Shown piece by piece: positions 13,396 through 28,394 of a stretch of 64,000 nucleotides of DNA. The stretch spans positions 299,646,001 to 299,710,000 of the forward strand of contig OZ024742.1 of NCBI GenBank assembly GCA_964016885.1, read 5' to 3'. This stretch comes from Eledone cirrhosa (taxonomy: Eukaryota). The notes beneath the pieces are model-generated. The model did no database searches, was not told where the DNA came from, and saw nothing but the letters and a program-made list of their open reading frames with translations. The translations under genes and the position numbers were made by a program. The first letter of the stretch is position 1, and each line of letters begins with the position of its first letter.

Positions 13396-14078
13396 CTTAC
13401 AATATCTTTACTAAACACCAGAGGTTTCCATATGTCAATAAATAGAGTATCTGCATCTGTTTCTTTCTAATGTGTTGTCGGGTGTTTTGAATGCTAGCCA
13501 GTAGATTTTGTCGATATGTAAATCGAGATGGGTTCGAAATATGAGCTTCTGAACCAAGAATAGCTGATCGTTTATCATAAAAGTTGTAAACTTATCTCAC
13601 TATTTCAATGTGAATACACTTTGGCAAAAAATACTTTTCATAACACTGCCAAATATTATTAGTATTATTAACGTTTTCCTTCCATTTATGCGTGTATTTA
13701 GTAAATTAGTCTTCAATGTTAATTCGGCTATTCAGTCGTACAGTTATTAGGAACGGATTCTTTTGATTTGCCGGTTTTATGGTTGAGCGCAATAAGAGAG
13801 AGGAAAGAGATAATAATATTTGGAACAGACACAAATAAAGTAGCTTACCTCCACGGATAATAACGATTATTCACATAAAACGGGATTATTCCCAAAATAT
13901 ATTATTTTAAATGTCCGCTCGTTCATAGTTCCTTGCAACCTATTTTCATCAGTCGTAAACCTTATCGAGCGAAGGAAGTCTGTCCACTGTCATTCAACCT
14001 ACTAGATACAGCAGTCAAACCTTTTTTTCAAATTAAACTATCCTATCGTAAAAAAAAGCAGGAAGACATATATATATT

Positions 14079-16544
14079 GGCGACAGACGAAGTCTGTGGC
14101 TGGAGCAGGCCTGTAGGCAGGAGGAGAGTAACATGGTGGTGGAACAGTAGGGTGGAGGGGTCAATTAAGGCCAAAAAGCAGGCTTGGAAAGTATGGCGGG
14201 ATGGGGGAAGTAGAGTAGACTATCAAGTGGCCAGGAGGGAAGCTAGGAGAGAAGTGTACTTAGCAAGAAGGGAAGCTGAGGAAAGAAAGTTCAAGCATGT
14301 TCTACAACGCGATGACCAAAAACGTGAGGTGTTCAGGATTGCCAGGCAATGCGTCAAGGAAAACCGTGATATTGTCGGGGAGAAGTGTGTACTTAACGAT
14401 GATGGCATACTTGCCATCACCGACACTGATAAGAAGGTAGCTTGGAAGTGTCACTATGAAAGGCTACTAAATGAGGAGAATAAATGGGAGAAAGACAGTC
14501 TCCCCCATATCGACCCGATAGAGGGACCAGCAGTGTTAGTCGAGGGGAGTATAATAAGTAAGGCAATCAAGGATATGAAGACTGGTAAGGCGGCTGGGCC
14601 TTCGGAAATAGTTGCTGAGATGCTGAAGGCATCTGGCACGGTGGGACACACCATGGTCACCCGCATAGTTAACCAAGTCGTACAGAATGGGGTTGTTCCG
14701 AAGGACTGGCATAGCAGCATCATCGTTAACTGTTATAAGGGTAAAGGAGACGCCCTAGATAGGAGTAACTATAGAGGCATTAAATTAATCGACCAGGTCA
14801 TGAAGGTCACGGAAAAAGTAATAGCGCAACTAATCAGAGAGAGAATTGATCTAGATGAAATGCAGTTCGGGTTTGTGTCAGGAAAAAGCACCACAGACGC
14901 TCTTTTCATAGTACGACAACTACAGGAGAAGTACCTAGCTAAAGGTAAACCCCTCTACTTAGCTTTTGTCGACCTGGAGAAAGCCTTCGACAGAGTCCCC
15001 CGCTCCATTATCTGGTGGGCTCTTAGAAAACTAGGCGTTGACGAATGGCTTGTGAGGGCTATACAAGCCATGTATAAAGAAACAGTCAGCAAGGTTAGAA
15101 TTAACAACGAATATAGTGAAGAGTTTAGCGTAAAAGTTGGCGTCCATCAGGGCTCTGTTCTCAGCCCCCTACTATTTATTATTGCCCTTCAGGCTATAAC
15201 AGAGGAGTTCAAGACAGGCTGCCCATGGGAACTCCTATACGCAGACGACCTGACACTCATAGCGGAATCAATGGCCGATCTAGAGAAGAAATTCCAAACA
15301 TGGAAGCACGGCCTAGAGTCAAAAGGACTTAAAATTAACCTGGCTAAGACCAAAGTTCTAGTTTGTAGGAAAGAAAACAAGGCGGCGGTCCCTTCTGGGA
15401 AATGGTCGTGCTCGGTATGTAGGAAAGGCGTAGGTAGAAACTCCATCTTATGTCCTAAATGCAAAGTATGGGTGCATAAAAGATGTAGTGGGATCACAGG
15501 TAAGCTAACTAAGAACATAGACTTTACATGTGGCCGGTGTTCTGGTGCAATAAGTAGCAGCAAGTGCCCACAAAATACTAGCTCTTTCAATTGCGCAGAG
15601 GGTTCTATAGAAATAGTGGACAGCTTCCGTTACCTGGGCGATAAAATCAGCAGTGGGGGAGGGTGCTCTGAAAGTACTGTAGCTAGAGTCAGAACTGGTT
15701 GGAAAAAGTTCAGAGAGCTTATACCACTATTAGCTGCTAAAGGGTTCTCCCTAAAAATGAAAGGCAGGTTGTACGATGCCTGCATACGAACAGCAATGTT
15801 GCATGGTAGTGAGACTTGGGCATTGTGTGCAGAGGATATACGCAGACTAGAGAGGAACGAAGCTTGCATGCTCCGCTGGATGTGTAACAGTAATATACGT
15901 GAACGGCAAAGCATAAACGAACTAAGGAAAAAATTAGAGATAAGAGGGATCAGATGTTGTTTACTCGAGAGAAGGCTGCGGTGGTATGGACACGTGATGC
16001 GCATGAAAGTCGATAGCTGTATTACAAAGTGCAGGGCAATAAAGATAGACGGTAGCCACGGAATAGGCAGACCTAGAAAAACATGGGATGAGCTGATAAA
16101 CTCCGACCTCACACACTTACACCTCTCCAAGACAATGTCACTGGACCGAGACCTTTGGCGGTACTCAGTAAGAGAGAAGACCCGCCTTGCCAGTAGGCAT
16201 CTCTAACAAAATACAACCCGTCCCGCCACCACCCCCACCCCATCCACACCACCCCGTTCTATGTAAAGTTATGTTGGTGCCGAAACAAATGAGATCGTGT
16301 AGGTGTCACGACAAAAAAACACACAGTCCACGCTGTAATGTGGCCGTGTAGGCAACACGGTAAAAACCTCCCAGACCCACACTGTAAATGTGGTTGGTGT
16401 TAGGAAGGGCATCCAACTGTAGAAAACCTGCCAGACAGTCCTATGCGAGCAAGACAATCACTCTTGCCTCAAGTGGGACTACCCCCGTCCAAACCCATGC
16501 AAGCGTGGAACACGGACGTTAAACGTTGATGATGATGATGATGA

Positions 16545-16547
<3 letters not shown>
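14079..16547 (+). mobile_element. 5'-truncated RTE-clade LINE with (GAT)n tail
   Basis: Uninterrupted RT frame, a 3'UTR with ggtgttaggaagggcatcc, a terminal ggacgttaaacg-(GAT)n tail, and TA runs on both sides. Confidence 0.92.
14080..16206 (+). CDS. RTE LINE reverse transcriptase (N-terminally truncated, no APE domain) with embedded PHD-like finger
   Basis: YRGIKL, QFGF, FVDLEKAFDRV, GVHQGSVLSP, LLYADDL, FRYLG, RRLRWYGHVMR, GRPRKTW, DRDLWR. The ORF-track start at 13933 lies in flanking DNA. Confidence 0.92.
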   Translation, partial: ATDEVCGWSRPVGRRRVTWWWNSRVEGSIKAKKQAWKVWRDGGSRVDYQVARREARREVYLARREAEERKFKHVLQRDDQKREVFRIARQCVKENRDIVGEKCVLNDDGILAITDTDKKVAWKCHYERLLNEENKWEKDSLPHIDPIEGPAVLVEGSIISKAIKDMKTGKAAGPSEIVAEMLKASGTVGHTMVTRIVNQVVQNGVVPKDWHSSIIVNCYKGKGDALDRSNYRGIKLIDQVMKVTEKVIAQLIRERIDLDEMQFGFVSGKSTTDALFIVRQLQEKYLAKGKPLYLAFVDLEKAFDRVPRSIIWWALRKLGVDEWLVRAIQAMYKETVSKVRINNEYSEEFSVKVGVHQGSVLSPLLFIIALQAITEEFKTGCPWELLYADDLTLIAESMADLEKKFQTWKHGLESKGLKINLAKTKVLVCRKENKAAVPSGKWSCSVCRKGVGRNSILCPKCKVWVHKRCSGITGKLTKNIDFTCGRCSGAISSSKCPQNTSSFNCAEGSIEIVDSFRYLGDKISSGGGCSESTVARVRTGWKKFRELIPLLAAKGFSLKMKGRLYDACIRTAMLHGSETWALCAEDIRRLERNEACMLRWMCNSNIRERQSINELRKKLEIRGIRCCLLERRLRWYGHVMRMKVDSCITKCRAIKIDGSHGIGRPRKTWDELINSDLTHLHLSKTMSLDRDLWRYSVREKTRLASRHL

Positions 16548-16626
<79 letters not shown>

Positions 16627-16661
16627 ATGCGTGCGTGTGCGTGCGTGCGTGCGTGCGTGCG

Positions 16662-16761
<100 letters not shown>

Positions 16762-16917
16762 TATGTATAGAGAGAGAGGGAGAGCGAAATAATTAGTTAT
16801 GTGTACAATGTGTCTAAAATAAACAGATGAGATGGCTATGGCTCGAACATCTTTCATCTTTCGTTTACTTGATCAACACTGACGTGGCACAAAATAACTA
16901 CAGCTAACATGTTATCA

Positions 16918-17107
16918 CGGTGGATTGGCAGTATTGGTAGAGGGTCGGACGCCATGCTTTGACGCATAGAGTTACGGCCCTTACTATTCTGGCTTCAAAT
17001 CCCGCCGAGGTTAACTTTGCCTTTCATCCTTACGGCGTCGATAAAATAAAGTACCAGTAATACACTGTGTAATTGCTGGCCTTGTGCCTAACGTAGAAAC
17101 AATTATA
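16918..17107 (+). mobile_element. Family-1 SINE
   Basis: Full-length match to the family-1 sequence. Confidence 0.9.
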
Positions 17108-17489
17108 TAGTTGTTCAAAGACTTGAAGTCTATCTAAGAAAATTCCCTTTAAATCAATTTTCTACTGAACGCACGAATTCTAAAGCAGCGATTGCTTTAT
17201 ATATATTTTTATCATTTTAGTGATTTCAGTCATTAGAGATACCGTACTGCAAGGGATTTCGTCGATCACATCAACTGAGTATTTATTTTATTGACCTTTA
17301 TTGTCGAACCGCTAAGTTATGATATTCAATCACACTCATACATATGTGTGTGTGTGTGTGTGTGCGTGTGCGTGTGCGTGAGTGTGTGTAACACACGGTC
17401 CAGGAATCGAACTCACAACCTCACGATTACGAATCCAATTCTCTAACCACTCTGTCACTCTCTCTCTCTCTCTCTCTCGCTCTCTCTCG

Positions 17490-17558
<69 letters not shown>

Positions 17559-17584
17559 TTTCGAAACAGCGAGTGGGTTTGAAA

Positions 17585-17793
17585 TTATTAGAAATGTAAG
17601 CTATCGCAGTATTTTGATTAAAGAAATTATTTAGCCTGATAGTGGGGTTAAGAACCCGGATAACCAAAGATGTGGGTTCGACTCCCATGTACGTCAATAC
17701 TCATCTTTTTCCATTTCTCTGAGGGTTCTTAACCCCACTATCAGGCTAAATAATTTCTTTAATCAAAATACGGCGATAGCCTACATTTCTAAT

Positions 17794-17795
<2 letters not shown>
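17585..17795. repeat. Fold-back element with a tRNA-like A/B-box segment
   Basis: ~72-bp arms (17585-17657 and 17723-17795); tagcctgatagtggggttaag..ggttcgactcc spans the left arm and loop. Confidence 0.8.
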
Positions 17796-17834
<39 letters not shown>

Positions 17835-17870
17835 CATCATGAAACCCTATATATATATATATATATATAT

Positions 17871-18008
17871 AGGGCTTCATGATGATTTCTCACGAATGAA
17901 ACAGTTCTAGTCATGTAGAAGCTCTTCTATACTAAAACTGTTATATTCTGCTATGTATTGAGTACCTTACTTAGTGTGGTTACCTCCGATTCAACCCGGT
18001 ATAACTTA
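17871..18008 (+). mobile_element. Family-A HHR element (HHR 17874-17922)
   Basis: gcttc-ATGATGA-tttctcacgaat-GAAAC-ag-ttctagtc-at-GTA-gaagc; stem I is gcttc/gaagc; C3 is mutated in this copy. Confidence 0.75.
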
Positions 18009-18057
18009 TATATTACTCTTTTACTCTTTTACCTGTTTCAGCCATCCGGCTGAGGCC

Positions 18058-18690
18058 ATATATAAATAAATGGCAATTTCTGTCTGTGTGTGTTTGTGGA
18101 TTTGTTTATGAACCTAAAATAAAACTCAAAGCCTACCAAACCGATCTTGATGAAACTTGACGCGTGTGTGAGGCTCATGCCCATTTGATTTCTTACGTAT
18201 GTTTCATTTTAATCAAAGGGTTCCCCAGGGGTTCAAACCCCCGTTGAAAACCTTCGCTGAAAATATTTTACCTGAAAATATTTTGCCTATTCACAAAATT
18301 TCAGCAAATTTCGATAATATTAAGACACCCTAATGGGGGTTAAACCCCCGATTAGGGTTTCCCGGAGGCACAAAACCCCTCTGAAAATGTTTTCCCTTTG
18401 ATTTATATGAAATTTAAACCATAGGTAAATGATAAGAGATGATGCCCATTTACAAAAGTTTTGAATTGATATTTTGAAAAAGTTATTTACAAGAAACAAA
18501 ATAATGTAATTTTGATTTGATATATTACAAAAGATAATGTCTTCCAATTTTTCATGCATTACATTTTACATTGAGTAATATTGAAATGCATAGTTTTTCT
18601 CCATAAATTATATCACTGATTTAAAATCAATCATCATTTTCTTACCAAAATATTGTGAGAAATACAGTAAGGCGCGGGTAATTCGGCTAG
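18058..18690 (+). mobile_element. Probable non-autonomous Helitron-like element
   Basis: Start tatataaataaa..tctgtctgtgtgtgt..ccgatcttgatgaaacttg and end gcgcgggtaattcgg-CTAG-t resemble invertebrate non-autonomous Helitrons. Confidence 0.55.
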
Positions 18691-19953
18691 TATATATATA
18701 TATATATATTGTGTATGTACCGAGACTTAGGATAAAATGCTTTGCTGAAACAATGAAGAACAGATTGAGAAATGTAGTCATAGATTTATGCCTAAAAATT
18801 GGGATGATCACATAGGTTTGTTCAACGAAGGTTAGCCTATGGTTAAAAACAAAGCAATACCACAACAACAACAAATACTGCATATTTTATTTACCTCGAA
18901 GTGATGTAAGGGAAAGCGAATCCCAGAAAATAAAGTAACGTAACTTAATACATCGTAACATTTTGTTGTGCGTGCTTACCATGTCTGCGAGCCACCTCTC
19001 AAATATACAACAATATTGATTTCATCAGCATTAAATCACACCTTATGGTTATAAGCTTTTTGATTCCAACCTACCTGAAATCGCCCCTGGTTGTATGGAA
19101 CAAAACTTTGTTTTAATGTGTTTTTATTTATCTAAAAACCCACGCATCATAGTACTGTTATAATCCAAAACTAGCTTAATAATTGTTTCTACTTTTGGCA
19201 CAAGGCCAGCAATATGAAGGGCAGTGGAAAGTCGATTAAATCGACTCCAGTGCATTACTGGTGCTTATTTTAACGACCCCGTACGGATGATATTGTTGCT
19301 GGTGGTGGTTTGATCTGTTGTTTTTGTTGCTTGCGGTGGTGGTTTAATGTTTTGTTTTTGTTGTTTCGGTGGCTCATGTAAGCCTTGATTGAACAAAACT
19401 ATAGTCAAATTTTCATTGCGCAAGTTATTTTTCTCTGTTGCGCTACCGATTCTACACGCAACCACGTTGACGATGTAATTAAGTATGAAGTATAAAGTGT
19501 TGTATCTGTGACATTTATGTAATGTTTCTGTTTACGTTAGCGAATCTGACGGTGTTAATAAATCTATTGCTATCTCAGCTCTATAATCTGATTTACAATA
19601 AAACAATGACACAGTGTGTTGTTACGATTGATGGATGGAATTGACTTGCAGGAGGCTACAACAACAGACCTCACGCTTTAAACTAATGCCGGATAATCAC
19701 AACAGAGACTATAAGTACCCATACACTTCGCATTAAACTTCTTTTAAGAGGTTCTTTTTTGTTTTTGTTTGTTTTTTTTTCTTTATTATTTTCTTCTTAT
19801 TTTAGAAATCCCTTCTAATGCTGTGTAAGTGTTACAGCAGTTCCTAACGAGACATGTTTGTAATCACTTTACAAATAAAATGTCTTGATGCATTTGGCAT
19901 AGACGTCAACCTTATTGTGATGTTCGGACGAACATACTCGCACACACACACAC

Positions 19954-20016
<63 letters not shown>

Positions 20017-20176
20017 CACAATCACAAAACATGTTGACACGCACCTATAAATGTATACACCAGCACACACACAAGTATATATATATACATACATACAAAT
20101 GTACAGGAATTACAATTGGATTATAAATATATAGGTCATGTTCAAATCATACTTCAGATGTGTGTGTGTGGGGGGG

Positions 20177-20230
<54 letters not shown>

Positions 20231-21097
20231 CGGCTTCCTGAACCATACATTCCTTTATACGCACAGCTAAATGTACATAGAAATGAATAAATCGATATGT
20301 TAGACAGACGCACATGTATATTTATGTGTATTTATATATAATCATAGGCAGTATGTGTCACTAATAATGTATTTAAAAGCATATTTCCTTTTTATTTACA
20401 TGCTTATTTTAATAAATAAATATATAAATCTGAATGCTTACTAAAGAGAGTGGAGATGAAATGTCTTGACGGGGGCTGGAGGTCCTCTAACCTTTGTACA
20501 CACAAAATCGGTGGATAAATTCCTATATCTATATCTAACAATTCTAGTCTAGCTAACTTGTTTGGTGAAATGGTTCGCTGTTGGTTTTATCAAGATTGTT
20601 TATAGACAAGGTCCTCACCCAATGGGTTCCAACAGCCTTGGGTCAGTTCAGACAATAGTAGTTCTCGTGCCTTCTTATCCTTACCTGAATAATCCTAAAA
20701 GGAATTTCGGCCTTGAATTAGAGAGGAAATTCTCAGCTGATTGAATTTTTTCCCGATTCACCATATACCTAGAGTGAGAATCTATTGTATGTATATTGTT
20801 CAAGCAGAGCACTCCCCCACCCCGCCAAGAATATATATGCATTATGATACATGTGTTTTAGTTGACTCCACGAAACTGAAGTACCAGTCAACCAAGTTAC
20901 ATATGACATGTAATATGTACGACTCTGAGTCATGTATCGAGTTATCCCTCGCAATAACACTTAAATAAATGCGTAGATTTCAAGGTTAATCTATAATCCT
21001 TTTTGGATTAAGTAATGAAATTACTTTTAACAAGACAGCGAGCAGAATTCCCCTTGAGCAAAACAATGTAAATGTGAAATATGATCTGACTCATTTA

Positions 21098-21345
21098 CAG
21101 CACGTGGCTTGGTGGTTATTTTGTTCGGGCCATGATCATAGGGTTGTGAATTTGATTCTCGGGCTGTGTGGTGCGTTTTGTTCTCCAGTAAGACACTTTA
21201 TTCCACGTTGCCCCATTCAAATCAACTAGAAAAATGAGTTGTGCCTGTAACTCAAACGCTGAAGTTCCTCACAGGGTATTTCATGCTGAATATCTCTGAA
21301 ATCTATCTTAAGAACGTTTGTGTTATGCTAATTTATCGAGCTAGC
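21098..21345 (+). mobile_element. Family-2 SINE, degenerate
   Basis: cacgtggcttggtggtta..tttgattctc..agacactttattccacgttg and the shared body. Confidence 0.6.
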
Positions 21346-21858
21346 TGTCAGACCTGCCAACCTCTGAAAACCCAAACGAGGAATAACATGAAAAAAGTGC
21401 CCTAAAACAGGATAAAGTGAAATCTATACCCATTTTCACAAGAGAAGACATCTCTCACCTAGCCCAAAGTGGGTGGGAGATGTCCCCGTTGGACGGGGAG
21501 CTGTTCCGTTCTAATAACTAGAGCTGTAATCGTCGGAAGCGACGGAGGTCCAACAACACCAATTATAGGTCAGTAATGTTTGAACAGATTTGAGGAGATA
21601 TATTTCCAGTATTTAATAACAACTCAGTATCTAATATTGATGTATTTAATACAAAATGACTGACATTCTTATTATTTCATTAACATATTCACCCCCACCC
21701 CCACCACCAATATATTTACGACATTTTATTAGGATGTAACTAATCCATAGCTATACATAGCTATAAATAGGTAAGTTTGTTTGTGTGTACGTGTGTATAT
21801 ATACATATAAGAAGAGAGAAGCATAGATTGTGAAGAAAGCATAGAGAGTATGAGAGGG

Positions 21859-21902
<44 letters not shown>

Positions 21903-22095
21903 TGGGTGAGAACGAGAGAGTGTGTGTGGGAGAGAGAATGAGGGTCGGAGAATTAGAGAGACAGAGAGAGGGAGAGAAACAAAGTTGGGGAGGAAGACAG
22001 ACATACAGAGAAAGAGATAAATAGATTTGCATGTATGGGTGTATTTGTACAGTTTGTTTATTGATATGTACTTATATCTTAATACGTCAATTAAC

Positions 22096-22127
<32 letters not shown>

Positions 22128-22135
22128 ATGCGTCT

Positions 22136-22210
<75 letters not shown>

Positions 22211-22234
22211 ACATGAATATATATATGTATATAT

Positions 22235-22288
<54 letters not shown>

Positions 22289-22338
22289 TTATGTGTGTGT
22301 GAGAGTATGTATGCGTGTGTGTATAGATGTGTCTGGTG

Positions 22339-22377
<39 letters not shown>

Positions 22378-22966
22378 ATGTGTGTGTGTGTGTATGTGTG
22401 TGCGTGCATACACACAAATATATGTCTAGCTGTGCTTTTTATTTTAGTTTTAGTGTGTGTGTGTGAGTATGTGTGTATGCATGTGTGTGTGTGTGTATGG
22501 TCTTTCATTCTATTCAGTCCAGAGATTTTTGGCACATTCCGTGAGACCACCATAAATAATATCAATGATATATCAGCCCCCCTTTTACTGTATGTATGTT
22601 TTTGTTTGTTGGCCTTCCTCTCGTAAAAGTCTGTTTATTGCTGTAGAGTAGACACATTAGGAATCTTATATAGATAGCTACTTGTATGCCTGCGTCTATG
22701 CTGAACGCCTTGTTACATATATATATATATTCCTACTTCTATATAACATACAGGTATTTTTCAGCTAATGATATAATCCGTTGTCTGTGGATTAGTATAT
22801 TTAAACAATTTCACACAAAGTTTCGAGACCTCTCAATGCATTCTATCATATATTTCGTTTAGATTTTACTGACCACCATCTTAATCCCTCTCTTTCTTTT
22901 TATATGACACACACATATTTATATATATATAAACACAAACACACACATATATATATACACATATAT

Positions 22967-23104
<138 letters not shown>

Positions 23105-23105
23105 A

Positions 23106-24082
23106 TGAACGGAAAAAATGAAACGAAATTTCATTTCTCACTCTTAGTACGGCTGTTACTTAAATATAAGTATGTACACGTACATACATATATGTATACA
23201 GACGTACAGTAGTATATATATATATATATATATATACATACATGCGCACATATATATATATGCACGTATGGATTCACCGAACATTTATTATAATTCTCGG
23301 TGTGTTTGTAAACAAACATCCCGAATTAAGCCGTACAGTGTCTAGCAACCATCGTTGTTCATTTGTTGAACACTGACAAAGGAACGCTGCACTAGTTTCA
23401 ACGTATACCTTCCTGCCAGATGATTGAACGTCTGAAAGTATATACTTTCCTTATGCATATTAACGGCTGAGCAGCCTAATTTGCATATCGAGTGAGTTAA
23501 TCGGCTGGGCGCACCGAAAACGATAAACGGAAAAAATGAAACGAAATTTCATATCTCACTCTTAGTACGGCTGTTACTTAAATATAAGTATGTATACGTA
23601 CATACATATATGTATACAGACGTACAGTAGTATGTATATATATATACATACATGCACACATATATATATGTACGTATGGACTCACCGAACATTTTTTCCG
23701 TTTATCGTTTTCGATTCGCCCGGCCGATTAACTCACTCGATATGCAAATTAGGCTGCTCAGCCGTTAATATGCATAAGGAAAGTATATACTTTCAGACGT
23801 TCAATCATCTGGCATGAAGGTATACGTTGCTGACGATAGCTAATAAGCTTGAAACTAGTACAGCGTTCCTTTGTCAGTGTTGAACAAATGAGCAACGATG
23901 GTTGCTAGACACTGTACGGCTTAATTCGGGATGTTTGTTTAGAAACACACCGAGCATTATAATAAATGTTCGGTGAATCCATACATGCATATATATATAT
24001 GTGTGCATGTATGTATATGTATATACATACTACTCCACGTCTGTATCCATATATGTATGTACGTATACATACTTATATATTT
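23106..24082. mobile_element. Non-coding HHR element (family B): 1.4x direct tandem plus inverted copy
   Basis: Direct-repeat period 418 bp (aacggaaaaaatgaaacg at 23108 and 23526), inverted copy 23694-24082, and a further fragment at about 46385-46436. Confidence 0.88.
23825..23865 (+). ncRNA. Minimal type I hammerhead ribozyme
   Basis: cgttg-CTGACGA-t-agct-aata-agct-t-GAAAC-TA-GT-A-cagcg: 5-bp stem I, 4-bp stem II, palindromic ACTAGT stem III. Confidence 0.8.
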
Positions 24083-24439
24083 GTATGTATATATATATAT
24101 ATATATGTGTGTGTGTTCGCCATTTGTGTGCACACAAACGGTTCCTCTCCGACAGATAACGTTCCCCCTCGGAAAAACACCCCAGTTGATGGATGCGAAA
24201 TCCGAAATATAGGGACAATTAAATCTCTCCCAAGGTAACTCTATCTCGTGTTATTGTTTTTATTTTTACGCTCTTTCCTACGTTCCTCTACATACTATAC
24301 GTCTCATTCTACATTTCTTCTTACATCTCTCTCTTCACCACCGGATTCTGTTACCCGGAGATTTACCCATCTGCATTGTTGAGGCTTCGAAAACGGCCAA
24401 ATTTGTTATTATTCCACAATGCTTCAAGCAAACTTCAAT

Positions 24440-26175
<1,736 letters not shown>

Positions 26176-26400
26176 TAAACTCGACTGTCACCACATATCA
26201 TGAACCTGAAGATTGCGAAAGCATGAAAGTACTTGTTCAATTAACACTTAGAATTTAATATTCTATCATACTATTTCATTCTAGTACCATTATATATATT
26301 TTAAAGGATTGTAAATAAAACGAGTAAATCAGACAAAGTTGGAATTCCTCTTATTAATATAATCTTCTATACACAATCATACACACCCGTGTATATTTAC
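26176..26400 (+). mobile_element. Non-coding HHR element (family C)
   Basis: ~220-bp island inside (TA)n; second copy on the minus strand at 50811-51026. Confidence 0.8.
26201..26239 (+). ncRNA. Minimal type I hammerhead ribozyme
   Basis: tgaac-CTGAAGA-t-tgc-GAAA-gca-t-GAAA-GTAC-T-T-gttca: perfect 5-bp stem I, GNRA-capped stem II, palindromic AGTACT stem III. Confidence 0.8.
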
Positions 26401-26419
26401 CTATCTATATCTATATATA

Positions 26420-26450
<31 letters not shown>

Positions 26451-26466
26451 GTATGTATATATATAC

Positions 26467-26531
<65 letters not shown>

Positions 26532-26555
26532 ATTATGTATATATATATATATGTA

Positions 26556-26595
<40 letters not shown>

Positions 26596-26662
26596 TATAT
26601 ATAAATATGTATATATATATAAATATATATATAAATATGTATATATATATATATATATATAA

Positions 26663-26721
<59 letters not shown>

Positions 26722-26722
26722 A

Positions 26723-26753
<31 letters not shown>

Positions 26754-26789
26754 AATATGTATATATATATATATATATATATAAATATG

Positions 26790-26871
<82 letters not shown>

Positions 26872-26896
26872 CGTATATATATATGTGTGTGTGTGT

Positions 26897-26971
<75 letters not shown>

Positions 26972-26996
26972 CATATATATATACAAGTATATATCC

Positions 26997-27555
26997 TAAA
27001 TTAAATTAAGGGTTGTCATGTCTGAGAGACATGCGCCATGTCAACTGCAGAAAAAGCTCAAAGATTCCAATGAATAGACCTGATCATTTTATATCAACTA
27101 GAAATAGATTGACATAAATATATAAAATAAACATATGAAAAAATCACAGGGAATAATTTGTAAAGTGTGTAAGCACACATACCTAGGTAGGTAACTAATT
27201 AAAGTTTAACTAGAACTTCAAATATAGATACCTTTTAAAATGATTAATCTCCTTTGTCATTCACAGATTTGCATTTGTTGTATAAACACAGATGGATGGA
27301 TCTTCTCCTTTGGTGACCATCCGAAATTTGACTACTGTGATTTACCGATTAATTGGTGAAATATATTTCTTACTTAAAGAAATATATACAAAGGAGATTA
27401 ATCATTTTAAAAGGTATCTATATTTGAAGTTCTAGTTAAACTTTAATTAGTTACCTACCTAGCTGTGTGTGCTTACATACTTTCCAAATTATTCCGTGAT
27501 TGTTTCATGTGTTTATTTTATATATATATATGTCAATCTATTTCTAGTTGATATA
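26997..27555. mobile_element. Non-coding fold-back element (family D)
   Basis: Arms at about 27091-27257 and 27388-27555; the same family occurs at 41535-42222, also with an inversion. Confidence 0.8.
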
Positions 27556-27560
27556 TACAA

Positions 27561-27619
<59 letters not shown>

Positions 27620-27624
<5 letters not shown>

Positions 27625-27810
27625 GTATCGTGGCCCCTTCGCCTGAGCCCTTGTCGTTTCAACACCTAGGTCGCGACTCTGGAAGTAGCTTTTGAAACGG
27701 CATGAGCTCAGCCGTCAGGCCCCGACTCTTTCAAATATAGTCACACACTACTATCTCAAGTATCATGTACTCTTTTGAATAATGGTCTGACTAGTTTAAA
27801 ACTCGTATAA
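27620..27810 (-). repeat. Hairpin element (family E)
   Basis: Homologous to 45400-45581 and 43019-43084; ctgagccc..gtttcaa / ttgaaac..gagctcag stem. Confidence 0.65.
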
Positions 27811-27860
27811 TCCTATATTCCTGATATATATGTGTGTGTGTTTGTGTGTATTCATATATG

Positions 27861-27926
<66 letters not shown>

Positions 27927-28394
27927 CATATATATATATAATATATACATATATATAATGTATATATTTTGTATATTTTCCTTCAGTTATATTTATTATA
28001 TATCTTATACTTCATATAAGTAGACACTACATAATCCACATTTTTGATATTTGGTTTTTTTAATTTTAAATTCCTGTAATATGTGTTTGTATGCATATTT
28101 TGTAATAATCATTTAAAGATATAGCATTCTGCGCCTTATTTTCGTATGTTTATTCACAATAGTGTCGTGTGAGAAATAATGAAATCATTAACGTTAATGT
28201 TGCTATGGAAACTGTCAAGATGCATCACTGTATTCAGTTTGAAATGTCTTGTGTCTTATTTGCAGAGGTTCTGAGCTCTAGTATGAATTGGAATCCAATG
28301 CACAGTGAATTAATTATTAATTTTTCTTGTCACTACTCCACTGTACCTTTTTGGTGATATAGTTTTACTGGTTCATTCGTCTTGCGGACGGTGT

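Noticed and set aside
13933-14079. N-terminal extension of the RTE ORF
   Set aside because: TTG start in AT-rich flank; homology begins at ATDEVCGW after a TA run.
24175-24220. ttgatg-gat-gcgaa-atc-c-GAAATATA HHR-like motif, with similar weak cases near 36520-36620 and 36905-36945
   Set aside because: The core is incomplete and there is no convincing stem I.
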